A stretch of 52,250 bases of DNA from Polyangia bacterium (GTDB lineage Bacteria > Myxococcota_A > Polyangia > JAAYKL01), in NCBI GenBank assembly GCA_050287845.1, contig JBNKCR010000019.1:1-52250 (forward strand). The letters are read 5' to 3'. This document shows, piece after piece, positions 39,508 to 48,934 of this stretch. The notes under the pieces are model-generated. The model made no database searches and was not told the origin of the DNA. It was given only the letters and a program-made list of their open reading frames with translations. The position numbers and the translations under genes are program-made. Every line of letters starts with the position of its first letter. Within the stretch, counting starts at the first letter, position 1.

Positions 39508-40860
39508 ATGACTACTTCAATACTTATCGTAGACGACGAACAGGTGTTTCTCGACAGTATGGCCCGTATGCTCCGTATGGAGGGATACGAAGATGTGACG
39601 GCAGCTGCCCGTTCCACCGAGGTTCCCGCCATGTGCGAAACGCGGGAATTTGATGTGGCCTTTCTGGATATAACCATGCCGGAGCTTGATGGTCTGGATT
39701 TGTTGAAACAGATAAAGGAACGGAGTCCTCAGACCGAATGCATCATGGTTACCGCCAACGAGAGTATTCCCATGGTGGTAACGGCGGTGAGGCGGGGGGC
39801 GTATGATTATCTGGTGAAGCCGGTGAGTCCCGAGCAGGTGATGCACACGCTGAATCGGGCGCTGGAGCATCGGCATCTGCTGGCATCTCTGCGATTGCGA
39901 AGCGAAACGGTGATCGCCAGAGAATTGAAGAGTCCGGAGGCATTCACTGAAATCGCCACCACAGATGATAGCATGGTGCGACTGCTCCATGAAGCCGAGC
40001 TCCACGCCAATTCCAATATCCCGGTGCTGATAACGGGCGAAACTGGATGTGGCAAAGAATTGATGGCCCGGGCAGTGCATATGTCGAGCAATCGGGCTGG
40101 CGGCCCATTTGTTGCAGTGAATATGTTGTCGCTGTCGCCCACGTTGTTTGAATCGGAATTTTTCGGACATGTGAAGGGTGCATTTACCGGGGCGGACCGG
40201 GACAAACCCGGATACCTTGCCAAGGCAAATGGGGGAACATTGTTTCTTGATGAAATCGGAGATCTGTCCATGGAGATTCAGGGAAAGCTTCTGCGCATTC
40301 TTCAGGAAGGGGAGTACACTCCCGTGGGCAAGACCAGGCCTGAAATGGCAAACGTTCGCTTTGTTGCGGCCACCAATCAGGATTTGAATGCGCTGGTCGA
40401 AGAGAAGCAATTTCGCAAGGATTTATATTATCGATTGCTGTATGCCCAGGTGCATCTGCCGCCGTTGCGCGAAAGGATGTCTGATATTCCTGTACTCGCC
40501 GCCAGATTCATTCCCGGGAGCTGTACCATTTCGGACAGGGCCATGGATGCGCTGATGAATCACGATTGGCCGGGCAATGTACGCGAGCTCAAAGGCGTGC
40601 TGTCTGCCGCGACCAATCTGGCGGATGGCAGCCCCATTGATGTGACCCACCTGCGATTGCCCAATGTTGCCCCGGTTCGTCAATCCGCAACAAGCGAGGA
40701 CTCCGTCCCGGAGGAATTGTCCCCCATGGCGGATGTGGAACGGCGTCACATTCTTGCGGTATATAATGCCACTGACAAAAATAAGAGTCAGACTGCGCGG
40801 GTGCTGCAAATTGGATTGCAGACGCTGCATCGCAAGCTGAAGGCGTATGGAGTAAAGTAA
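39508..40860 (+). CDS. Sigma54-dependent NtrC-family response regulator (REC-AAA+-HTH)
   Basis: IVDDE, DITMP, GETGCGKE, ESEFFGHVKGAFTGA, LFLDEIGD, WPGNVREL, TARVLQIGLQTLHRKLK. Confidence 0.96.
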   Translation: MTTSILIVDDEQVFLDSMARMLRMEGYEDVTAAARSTEVPAMCETREFDVAFLDITMPELDGLDLLKQIKERSPQTECIMVTANESIPMVVTAVRRGAYDYLVKPVSPEQVMHTLNRALEHRHLLASLRLRSETVIARELKSPEAFTEIATTDDSMVRLLHEAELHANSNIPVLITGETGCGKELMARAVHMSSNRAGGPFVAVNMLSLSPTLFESEFFGHVKGAFTGADRDKPGYLAKANGGTLFLDEIGDLSMEIQGKLLRILQEGEYTPVGKTRPEMANVRFVAATNQDLNALVEEKQFRKDLYYRLLYAQVHLPPLRERMSDIPVLAARFIPGSCTISDRAMDALMNHDWPGNVRELKGVLSAATNLADGSPIDVTHLRLPNVAPVRQSATSEDSVPEELSPMADVERRHILAVYNATDKNKSQTARVLQIGLQTLHRKLKAYGVK

Positions 40861-40861
40861 C

Positions 40862-43648
40862 ATGACCACGGTTGATCCGGAAAAGCTTGTCCAGTTAAAG
40901 GAAAGCGAAGAACTGTTCAACGCCCTCGTGGAGAATATGCTTGATGGGGTTGCCATTGTGGACTGGGACGGCACTATTCAGTTTGTGAACAATGCGGCCA
41001 CCAGAATGTTGGGTCTGGAACGTCGAGAAGATGCTGTGGGCCGGCGTCCGTCTGAGTTTTTGCATCCGGACAGCATTGCACGTGCCCAGCGGGAAATGGG
41101 AATGGTTAAAGAGGGACGTGGCGATTTTCTTTCTGACTATCAGCTGCTGATTGATGGAAATATCATTGAGATTGAATCTCACGGCGCGGAGGTTCAGTAC
41201 CGCGGGCGCAGCGCGGATATGGTTGTCTTCAGGGATGTCACCGAGCGTGAAAGACAGAAAGCGGAGCTCCTGCGATTGAATGAAACGCTGGAGACCCGCA
41301 TTGCCGAACGAACTCGAGAACTGAAAAAAGGCGAGCGGATGTTTCGCGCCATGACTGAATCGATGAATGCCATGGTTGTCATTGCCGATGTGAGTGAGGG
41401 GCGTGCGGTGTATGTGAATCCGATGGCAACCACTATTACTGGATATTCGGAAGACGAAATGCTCGGGAAAACACCAGTCAATCTCTTTACCGAAGAGAGC
41501 ATGAAAGAAGTGCTGCAGTATCAGGCCGCCTGGCTTGCAGGAGAGGATGTGCCCAAGGTGACAAGCCTCGAAATTGTCACCCGTTCCGGAGAACACCGAT
41601 GGATAGAAACCGGCTGGACCATCATTGATCTGGAAGAAGATGGGTTGCACAAGGTGACAGTCAGTTTTGATGTGACAGAGCGAAAGAATGCGGAACGGCA
41701 ACTGGCTGAAAGTGAAAAGAAGTTTCGGGCTCTGGCCGAATCGACCACTGCGATGATTACCATATCGGCGCCCTCTGAAGATGGATTTGAAATCGTATAT
41801 GCCAACGACGCTGCTCTGAATACGTTGGGGTATACATGGGAGGAATTTCGGACACTGAGTCCGTTGTCATTGATTGATATGGAAGATGAATCCCAGCGGG
41901 AACTGGTGGAAGATCTCCTGAAAATTCATTCGGAGCAACCCGTACCCTCCGTGAACTTTGAGGCGAAAGTGGTTACAAAGAGCGGAGACCGCCGCTGGAT
42001 TGCGCATACTGGTACTCACGTGGAACTGGAAGGCCGGATTTGCGATGTCTCAACCAGTTTTGACATCACCGAACGGAAGCGCGCTGAAGCTCAACTGATA
42101 GAGAGCGAAAAGAAGTTCAGGGCGCTGGCGGAGAGTACCAGTGCGCGAATCTGTATTACTGCCGAAGACAATGGTTATGTGAAGTTTTTATACGCGAACA
42201 GGGCGTTACTCGACTACATCGGCACTACCTGGGAGGAGCTGACGGCACAGGATCCCACACTGTTCTGCGGGAATGATGACGATAACAGCGATGAAGAGGT
42301 TGCCCCCAAAGGTCAGAAAGAATGGATGGATGCCGCCCGGGACGCACGAACCAGAGGAATTTCGAACTATAGCTATGAGTTTGTGGATGAATTTGGCGCA
42401 TGGATTCAGATGCACGCCATGGAGACGGTACTGGATGGAAAAAACTGTACCATCTGGACCTCGTTTGACATTTCGGAACAGAAGCGCACTCAGGCGGCAC
42501 TGCAGGAGAGTGAAGAACGATACCGAACTATTTTTGAAACCACTGGTACCGGGATGATCATTTTTGACGATGAGGCGATGGTTCTGTTGGCCAACGAGGA
42601 ATGGGCCAGATTGGTGGGATATTCGCTGGATGATATACAGGGAAAGATGCGGGTGATGGATTTTATTGCTCGGGAAAAGCTGGCGGAAATTGAGGAGAAT
42701 CACCGGAAAAGAAGTGCGGACCCGGAGTCGGTGCCTCGCACGTACGAAACCCTTCTGCAGGACAAATCCGGCAAGGTGCATGTGGGAATCGCTACCATTG
42801 CAATGATCCCCGGAACGCGATTGCGGGTGGCATCGTTTCAGGATTTGTCGGAGTTAAAGCGCGCTCAGAAGCAGATGTACCAGGCGGACAAAATGGCGGC
42901 GCTGGGTCAGATTATCGCCGGCGTTGCACACGAAATCAATAATCCCAACAACTTCATATATTTTAATCTACCCATTCTGCGTAGATACCTTGATACCGTC
43001 AAGACATTACTGGATGAACATGTCGACGACGTAGTGGAGTTGAAAATATTGGGGATGGCGTATGAGGCATTCTGGGAGGATACCTATAAATTACTTGAAA
43101 ACATGGAACACGGTTCGTCCAGAATTACCAGTATCGTCGCGGACCTCAAAAATTACGTTCGCAGTGATGAAGATGCCCACATGAAACCCGAAAGTTTGAA
43201 GCCGGTCATTGATCGGGTGATGACGCTGGTGGGCAAACAGGTGCGAAAAATGGTGAAACATTTCGATGTTGAAACAGATGATCAACTCCCCGAAGTCGTT
43301 ATGAATGCCGGAAAAATAGAGCAGGTGCTCATCAATCTTTTAATCAACGCCGGTCAGGCGGCAGACAAACCGGATTCCTTTGTGAACCTGAAAATCCATG
43401 CTGTTGATACCCGCGTTAAAATCGAAGTATCCGATAACGGTACCGGTATTCCAGTCGATTATCTCGAACAGATTTTTGAGCCGTTCTTCACGAGCAAGGG
43501 CAGGGATGCGGGGACGGGACTTGGTCTTTCCATATCCCATAAAATCGTTGAGGACCACGGTGGTACCATTTCGGTGGAAACTGAACCGGGCAAGGGCAGC
43601 TGTTTTACCGTTTTGCTCCCCACAAATTTGCCTGCTGTATCAAATTGA
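40862..43648 (+). CDS. Cytoplasmic multi-PAS (about 5) sensor histidine kinase
   Basis: Repeated PAS/PAC units ending D(V/I)TERK; H-box GVAHEINNP; N-box NLLINA; DNGTGI; FEPFFTSK; GTGLGL; no TM segment. Confidence 0.95.
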   Translation: MTTVDPEKLVQLKESEELFNALVENMLDGVAIVDWDGTIQFVNNAATRMLGLERREDAVGRRPSEFLHPDSIARAQREMGMVKEGRGDFLSDYQLLIDGNIIEIESHGAEVQYRGRSADMVVFRDVTERERQKAELLRLNETLETRIAERTRELKKGERMFRAMTESMNAMVVIADVSEGRAVYVNPMATTITGYSEDEMLGKTPVNLFTEESMKEVLQYQAAWLAGEDVPKVTSLEIVTRSGEHRWIETGWTIIDLEEDGLHKVTVSFDVTERKNAERQLAESEKKFRALAESTTAMITISAPSEDGFEIVYANDAALNTLGYTWEEFRTLSPLSLIDMEDESQRELVEDLLKIHSEQPVPSVNFEAKVVTKSGDRRWIAHTGTHVELEGRICDVSTSFDITERKRAEAQLIESEKKFRALAESTSARICITAEDNGYVKFLYANRALLDYIGTTWEELTAQDPTLFCGNDDDNSDEEVAPKGQKEWMDAARDARTRGISNYSYEFVDEFGAWIQMHAMETVLDGKNCTIWTSFDISEQKRTQAALQESEERYRTIFETTGTGMIIFDDEAMVLLANEEWARLVGYSLDDIQGKMRVMDFIAREKLAEIEENHRKRSADPESVPRTYETLLQDKSGKVHVGIATIAMIPGTRLRVASFQDLSELKRAQKQMYQADKMAALGQIIAGVAHEINNPNNFIYFNLPILRRYLDTVKTLLDEHVDDVVELKILGMAYEAFWEDTYKLLENMEHGSSRITSIVADLKNYVRSDEDAHMKPESLKPVIDRVMTLVGKQVRKMVKHFDVETDDQLPEVVMNAGKIEQVLINLLINAGQAADKPDSFVNLKIHAVDTRVKIEVSDNGTGIPVDYLEQIFEPFFTSKGRDAGTGLGLSISHKIVEDHGGTISVETEPGKGSCFTVLLPTNLPAVSN

Positions 43649-43745
43649 CAAGCCTCTTTTTTTCAGAATATCGCAATGGTATGATCCCTTTCGATTGCGC
43701 GCGATTAGACATCTGACGTATCAATGATTTTGCACAGATTCCGTT

Positions 43746-43761
43746 TGGCATGGCATTCGCA
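43746..43761 (+). promoter_or_regulatory. Sigma54 -24/-12 promoter for the atypical receiver gene
   Basis: TGGCATGGCATTCGCA (GG-N10-GC) about 45 nt before the ATG; RBS aaggag. Confidence 0.7.
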
Positions 43762-43805
43762 AATCTTCTGTTTGACGGCAATAAGGCCGCAAGGAGAAGA
43801 GTTGA

Positions 43806-44222
43806 ATGAATACCTCAAACCTTATGAATTCTGCAACACCGGTGTCGGATGTCCCGGCAGTGATTGCCATCGTCGATGCCGATAAGCATCAGCGTCAGAG
43901 TCTGTCTCGAGGCATTTCTCTGTATGGACACCGCTGCATCAGCTTTGCCAGCCATCAGGAAATTATGGATGTTATCAGCAAAAAAGAGCCACCGAGCTAT
44001 GATGTGCTGATTGTCGATGTCAGCAATGATTTCCGCAGCGGTCTGGAGCTGGTCAGGCAGTTGAGAACTCTGAGAACCGCTTTGCCCATCATCGCCATCC
44101 GGGGACTGGAGTGGGATGCCAGAATGAAAACAATGGAAGCAGAAACGAAGAAATTGACGGTCATTCAGCGCCCGTTCACCGCTGCGGCGCTTGTTGAAGA
44201 GATTGAAAAACTGCTGAAATAG
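43806..44222 (+). CDS. Atypical single-domain receiver protein
   Basis: AIVDAD, LIVDV, SGLELVRQL, PIIAIRG, QRPF: receiver fold with the conserved T/S and K positions both replaced by R. Confidence 0.75.
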   Translation: MNTSNLMNSATPVSDVPAVIAIVDADKHQRQSLSRGISLYGHRCISFASHQEIMDVISKKEPPSYDVLIVDVSNDFRSGLELVRQLRTLRTALPIIAIRGLEWDARMKTMEAETKKLTVIQRPFTAAALVEEIEKLLK

Positions 44223-44265
44223 CATTTCCCCCGCAATGCTTGCGGACCACATCAAATTTACCCTG

Positions 44266-44293
44266 AACCATTCTGGTATATACCATTTTGGTA
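44266..44293. promoter_or_regulatory. Tandem TACCA-N3-TGGTA palindromic boxes (putative enhancer sites)
   Basis: aaccattctggta-ta-taccattttggta; CCATTCTGGTATA recurs exactly at 39394-39406. Confidence 0.55.
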
Positions 44294-44369
44294 TAACTGT
44301 CGTGCGTCCTGCATTCCACTCGCCCCGACATATACCGCTTGTAAAACAATAGACAAATATTGAATGAAG

Positions 44370-44520
44370 AGTTGATGGCGCCGTAAATCGGCATCCATGA
44401 GCGAGCGATACGCCCGCTGACGGTCTTTCGGTGTTTGGCCCAGTGCCAGATAGGCTTCGGGCACATCCAGGGCATCGGTGAATTCGTTGTTGACGCGGGC
44501 AATCTGGCCAATGGCCATAA
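44370..44520 (-). pseudogene. Remnant of a REP-associated (RAYT/Y1 HUH) transposase C-terminus
   Basis: Minus frame PEAYLALGQTPKDRQRAYRSLM resembles the 'YLALG.T..ERQ.AYR.L' C-terminal motif; no HUH/Y catalytic part present. Confidence 0.5.
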
Positions 44521-44630
44521 TCGGCTGTCAGCTGGATGTTACTGCCGAGCTGCACGTTTCGTCACCGAACGGAGATGGGTTGGTGAAATTGTTGAGATGC
44601 TTGAGAGGATGCTGCGTCCCCGGCAGTCCT

Positions 44631-44828
44631 TACATTGGTGACCAGCCGTTCCATGTCTTCCGGTGATACGCCGGGATATAGGGTGGATACAATCATCATG
44701 GGCACTTTCACTTCCGGCGCGGCTTCCAGGGGTAGCGTGCGATAACTGATGGCGCCGATGACGATGATGCATGCGATAAGCACGTACACGGTTGTATTGA
44801 ATTTCAGTGCAGTCTGAGTGATTCTCAT
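44631..44828 (-). pseudogene. Truncated RND efflux permease (AcrB-like), first ~66 aa only
   Basis: MRITQTALKFNTTVYVLIACIIVIGAISYRTLPLEAAPEVKVPMMIVSTLYPGVSPEDMERLVTNV, then unrelated sequence and a stop at 44562. Confidence 0.85.
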
Positions 44829-44877
44829 GACACGTCTCCATATTCTCAATTTGTTGGATTGTTTTGTTGGGTGATTT

Positions 44878-45984
44878 TCAGTTGATAACGGATGGGGCGA
44901 CCATGTCGATGGGCTGGTCGACGATGTTGACCGGTTGATTGTCCGTCAGGCTGCGGTGACCGAAGGTGACCAGCATGTCGTTGAGGACGATGCCCCGGGT
45001 GATGACAACTTCATCGCCATCGGTATCCCCGAGAGTCACCGGAACTTTCCGGGCTCTGTCATTTTGCACCACGTATACATATCTACCGTCCGTCCCTTCA
45101 ATGACCAATTCCTGGGGCACTTTGATAACATCGGCCAGAGTGTCGGTGTCAATCTGCAGCGAAGCGGACATTCCCACCAGAATCCGTCCATCGCCATTCT
45201 CCACGTCCACCCGCACGGTGAACGTCCGGCTTGCCGGGTCTGCCCTGGGGATGATGGTGCGGACGATGCCTGTGTATGTGCGGGATAGTGCATCAATCTG
45301 AACCGTTACTTCAGAGCCTGCAGTGATAGCGTCAATCTGCGATTCTGGAATGGCCGCTTCCACAACAATAGTGCGTGTGTCCACGACACGGAACAGGGGC
45401 GTGCCGGGGGCAACGAACTCCCCTTTTTCAACAAATTTCTCTGCCACTTCGCCCCGGGTATCCGCCTTTACGACCGCATTGGCCGCATTGGCTGTCGCCA
45501 AATCAAGATTGGCTCTGGCCCCCTGCATGGCGTATCTGGCTTCGTCCAGTTTCTGGGCACTCACCAGGTCCGCCCCCAGGGAAGCCATGCGCGCGTGGGT
45601 GGCTTCGGCCAATCTGTAGGAGGCCTGTGCCTGCATTTCAAGGGCGCGCTGGGTTTTGTAATCCACCCGGGCGAGGGTCATTCTCCGTTTGATCATATCG
45701 CCGATGTCTGCCCCCACATACTCCAGCCAGCCGGCGGTCTGGGCGGCGTAGGTCACATCTTTTTTGGCCAGGGTGATGCCGTTGACCCGAACTGTCCGGG
45801 TCAGCTGAGAAGCATGAACCGGCATCACTGCCACGTTGGCGCGAACTTCCGTTGGAGTGGCTGCGGCTTTCATTACTGGCGATGCGGCTGCGGCTTCTTT
45901 TTTTACGGGAATCGCTGCAATCGCGGATACGCATGCGGCCAATGCAACAACGGTACTGACGATGATGATGGTTTTCCGTTTCAT
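44878..45984 (-). CDS. RND efflux periplasmic adaptor (MFP) subunit
   Basis: Start MKRKTIII with RBS aggag; lipoyl/hairpin pattern; GEFVAPGTPLF, ADPASRTF, VGMSA, VTFGH. Confidence 0.92.
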   Translation of the reverse strand: MKRKTIIIVSTVVALAACVSAIAAIPVKKEAAAASPVMKAAATPTEVRANVAVMPVHASQLTRTVRVNGITLAKKDVTYAAQTAGWLEYVGADIGDMIKRRMTLARVDYKTQRALEMQAQASYRLAEATHARMASLGADLVSAQKLDEARYAMQGARANLDLATANAANAVVKADTRGEVAEKFVEKGEFVAPGTPLFRVVDTRTIVVEAAIPESQIDAITAGSEVTVQIDALSRTYTGIVRTIIPRADPASRTFTVRVDVENGDGRILVGMSASLQIDTDTLADVIKVPQELVIEGTDGRYVYVVQNDRARKVPVTLGDTDGDEVVITRGIVLNDMLVTFGHRSLTDNQPVNIVDQPIDMVAPSVIN

Positions 45985-46210
45985 ATTGAACTCTCCTGTT
46001 GCCATCCAGGTGGCAATACCCAACTGCCCCTGGCTCAAAAGTTTCATTGCATCCCTTTGCCCCGCCACGGTATGGCAGTCCGAACCGGAGGAAAGAAGAT
46101 TCCCTCCGATCCGACTGTCGGATGTGTGCGAAGAAGTCATCGCCGTATCCGAAGATGTGAATGAGGGGCTGTCCATTCTGGGAATTGCGTGTTGCATGTC
46201 CTGTCAGAGA

Positions 46211-46226
46211 GCAACGGCCATGCCAT
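46211..46226 (-). promoter_or_regulatory. Sigma54 -24/-12 promoter for the RND operon
   Basis: Minus strand TGGCATGGCCGTTGC (GG-N10-GC), near consensus. Confidence 0.75.
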
Positions 46227-46381
46227 ACTGGTCCGATGGAGGAACATTGTGCGATTTCAGGGGGTTAGGACGAAAATACAGCGGCGCATGGTGGAGACGG
46301 TTATCTCATAATGGGATACCGTTGTGGGGAAATCGTGAAAATGTGCCTTATTTCAGGGTGCTGTCCGAATGTGTACCAGAC

Positions 46382-46396
46382 TGGTATACATGTTGC
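46382..46396 (+). promoter_or_regulatory. Possible sigma54 promoter for the DUF4139 gene, overlapping a TACCA-N3-TGGTA box
   Basis: TGGTATACATGTTGC (GG-N10-GC); TACCAGACTGGTA at 46374-46386. Confidence 0.45.
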
Positions 46397-46525
46397 CTGA
46401 TTGGCATACATGTGTGTTGCGCGAATTGTTTAAATCTTTATTCGGTCTGATGCGTCATTCCATTTACACTCCGGGTGACCCCATGCCCTGCCGGTCAGTT
46501 CCCGGTCCGCACGAAAGGAAAGACA

Positions 46526-48457
46526 ATGAAAATGAAATTATTGGTTCTGGGTACTTACTTCAGCACTGTGATGCTTTTAGGATGCGCACACAACGCAACA
46601 AAGAAGACCGGGACAACCCCGGATACCGGTGTCACTGCATCCCTGCTTGCACAATCCACTGCGCCACCGGCTTACGCGGATGTGCCGGGTGCGTTGGATG
46701 CGCCGGGAGATGCGGATGCCGCGACCGTGAAGTCCAGAGTGCGAAAAGTGACGGTGTATTCCGATAGAGCCCGAGTGACCCGGGAAGCGCAGGTGAATGT
46801 AACCACTCAGCCGGAGGTGTTCGCCTTCCGAAAGTTACCCGGGTGGGTGGACGATGGGTCAGTGCGGGTGTCGGTGAGTGCCGGCCGCATCGTGGATGTG
46901 CGGGTGGAACGGAATTTTCTGGCCAAGGCGACCGATGCCACCTGGCAGCAGGCAGAAGCCCATCATCGTCAACTGACCCGAAAGATTGCGGCCCTCAATG
47001 ATGAGATTGCCGTGCTTGATGCCCAGAAGGCGCAGATAGAATCCATCAAGGCGTTTTCCAACGAAAAAATTACCCAGGACACAGTGATTGGCAATGTGAG
47101 CGTTGCCACCTACAGCGATGTACTCACATTCATCAGCGACTCTTTACGCGCCAATACCAAAGCGCGCCGGGAAGTGCAGAACCAGCTGGACGATCTCCAG
47201 CCAGAGCAGGAAGCCAGTCAACGGCGCTTGAATGATATGAAGGATTTACAGAAGCTGGAGGAGACCACTGTGCTTTTGACGTTGCAGGGGAGCCGGGATG
47301 TCTCCAGCACCGTTGAACTCACATATATGCTGCCCGGCGCCACATGGGAACCCATGCACGAACTGCGGGTGAGTACTTCGGATGCACAGACCGTTGAAGT
47401 CATTTCGTTTGCCCGGGTGAGCCAGACCAGTGGTGAGGATTGGGGAAATGCGGAGATTTCGTTTTCCACCCAGTCGTCTGTACAGTCGATGCAGATACCG
47501 ACGCTGGAGGCGCTGACACTGGGGGATACCCATACGGCGAAAACCATGCTGACCAGCAGAATGTCGTCATTCAGCCGAGCGCAGCAGGCGTTTGAAGGAC
47601 AGAATCAGTTGTGGAATCGGGTGAATCGTTCAATGAGTAAAAACGCCAGTGTCAGTATTGAACAGAGTTACGAAAGCAACCTGGAGTACCTGCAGGTGGT
47701 GCAGAGCAAAACCGTGGAGATGTTTGAAAGTCTGCAAAAACGAGGCACCACGGCGCATTTCAGGGCCATGGCGCCCCCAACGGTGACTGGCGATGGTCAT
47801 CCCGTACGCACGCGCATCGGATATACCACCCTCAAATCGGCGCAGAAGATTGTAGCGGTGCCGGAGCAGACCCTGAACGCGGCGAGAACCCTGGAAATGA
47901 CCAATACCACCGGGCAGGCATTTCTGCCCGGACAGGTGGCCCTGTATCAGGATGGTGCGTTTCTTGGGATGACCGACATCGGATTCATCGCCCAGGGCGA
48001 AACCTTTTCGCTTTTCCTCAACGTGGCCGATACCATCAAGCTATCGCGTAAACTCGATCGCAAGTTGAGTTCTCTGGTGCAGAAAAAACGAACCCGGATG
48101 AATGTGGCCTATGTGGTCACAGTGGAAAACCTCTCGCAAAAGGACACGTCGCTCGTGCTGGCGGAGCGGATACCCATTTCTGAAAATCGCGACATCAGAG
48201 TCAGTGGTGTCAGCATCTCTCCGGATACCACCCCGGACAACAGCGGGCTCATGTACTGGCATCTGAACCTTAAACCTGGTGAAAAGCGGGAGTTTCGCAT
48301 TCGCTACACCGTTGAATATCCGCCCACACTCATCCTGGAGACCCGTCGCCAACGCATGATGAAAAAAGCGGGCGCCCCCAAAGAAATCCTTGCACCATCT
48401 CCCAAAGCCAAAAGAGAAATCGAAGATCAGCTCCTGGATTTGGAATTAATGTTCTGA
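46526..48457 (+). CDS. DUF4140/DUF4139 (MuiA-like) lipoprotein
   Basis: Lipobox LLGC; VTVYSDRARVTR, ATWEPMHELR, VSQTSGEDW, LPGQVALYQDGAFLG, ERIPISENRDI. Confidence 0.88.
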   Translation: MKMKLLVLGTYFSTVMLLGCAHNATKKTGTTPDTGVTASLLAQSTAPPAYADVPGALDAPGDADAATVKSRVRKVTVYSDRARVTREAQVNVTTQPEVFAFRKLPGWVDDGSVRVSVSAGRIVDVRVERNFLAKATDATWQQAEAHHRQLTRKIAALNDEIAVLDAQKAQIESIKAFSNEKITQDTVIGNVSVATYSDVLTFISDSLRANTKARREVQNQLDDLQPEQEASQRRLNDMKDLQKLEETTVLLTLQGSRDVSSTVELTYMLPGATWEPMHELRVSTSDAQTVEVISFARVSQTSGEDWGNAEISFSTQSSVQSMQIPTLEALTLGDTHTAKTMLTSRMSSFSRAQQAFEGQNQLWNRVNRSMSKNASVSIEQSYESNLEYLQVVQSKTVEMFESLQKRGTTAHFRAMAPPTVTGDGHPVRTRIGYTTLKSAQKIVAVPEQTLNAARTLEMTNTTGQAFLPGQVALYQDGAFLGMTDIGFIAQGETFSLFLNVADTIKLSRKLDRKLSSLVQKKRTRMNVAYVVTVENLSQKDTSLVLAERIPISENRDIRVSGVSISPDTTPDNSGLMYWHLNLKPGEKREFRIRYTVEYPPTLILETRRQRMMKKAGAPKEILAPSPKAKREIEDQLLDLELMF

Positions 48458-48615
48458 ATCGGAGCGCGGACGCGACCCCCGGTTTAGGAAGATGATTGCA
48501 ATACGGCAAGGCGTAATGGACGCAAGTCTATGAAGCTGCCGGATTGCAAGCATCTCGACGAGGATGGCGCAGCCATCGCAGTCAATCCACGACTTCCTCT
48601 CCCAGTTGAATACTC

Positions 48616-48790
48616 AATCAAATTATTGCGCCCGTTATTGCTGACTGTTGGCGAAAATGGGCAAAAGTTGGGAGCAAGTGCCCCGTGAGTGCCCCATGGA
48701 AATGGAGTGAGACCATCGGATTTTTCAAAATAAAAGCCGATAAACAGAAAAATCGGTGTGTCTGTGGGGCACTTAGTGCCCCATGGGAAA
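48616..48790. repeat. att-like junction: IHF consensus plus four AGTGCCCC repeats including a 19-bp palindrome
   Basis: AATCAAATTATTG (WATCAANNNNTTR) at 48616-48628; agtgcccc at 48677, 48688 and 48775; tggggcact-t-agtgcccca at 48765-48783. Confidence 0.55.
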
Positions 48791-48934
48791 GACTAGCAAG
48801 AATACTGTCAGCGATTACCACGGTTCTCCTGGCCAATCTTCTGCAAGACCTAAAACCTGAGCAGTGCTTTTTACCGCCGGACGTTGCTCGATTTTGCCAG
48901 TCTCACAACTCATCGTCTCTATTAAAAACCGAGC

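Noticed and set aside
45985..46197. 71-aa N-terminal extension of the RND adaptor
   Set aside because: A good RBS and signal-anchor start at 45984, and the sigma54 promoter places the TSS near 46199, so this is more likely 5' leader.
46402..46420. TGGCATACATGTGTGTTGC as a sigma54 promoter
   Set aside because: GG-to-GC spacing is 14 rather than the required 10.
48460..48615. tRNA or tmRNA fragment at the island junction
   Set aside because: No cloverleaf or clear T-arm/CCA end recognisable.
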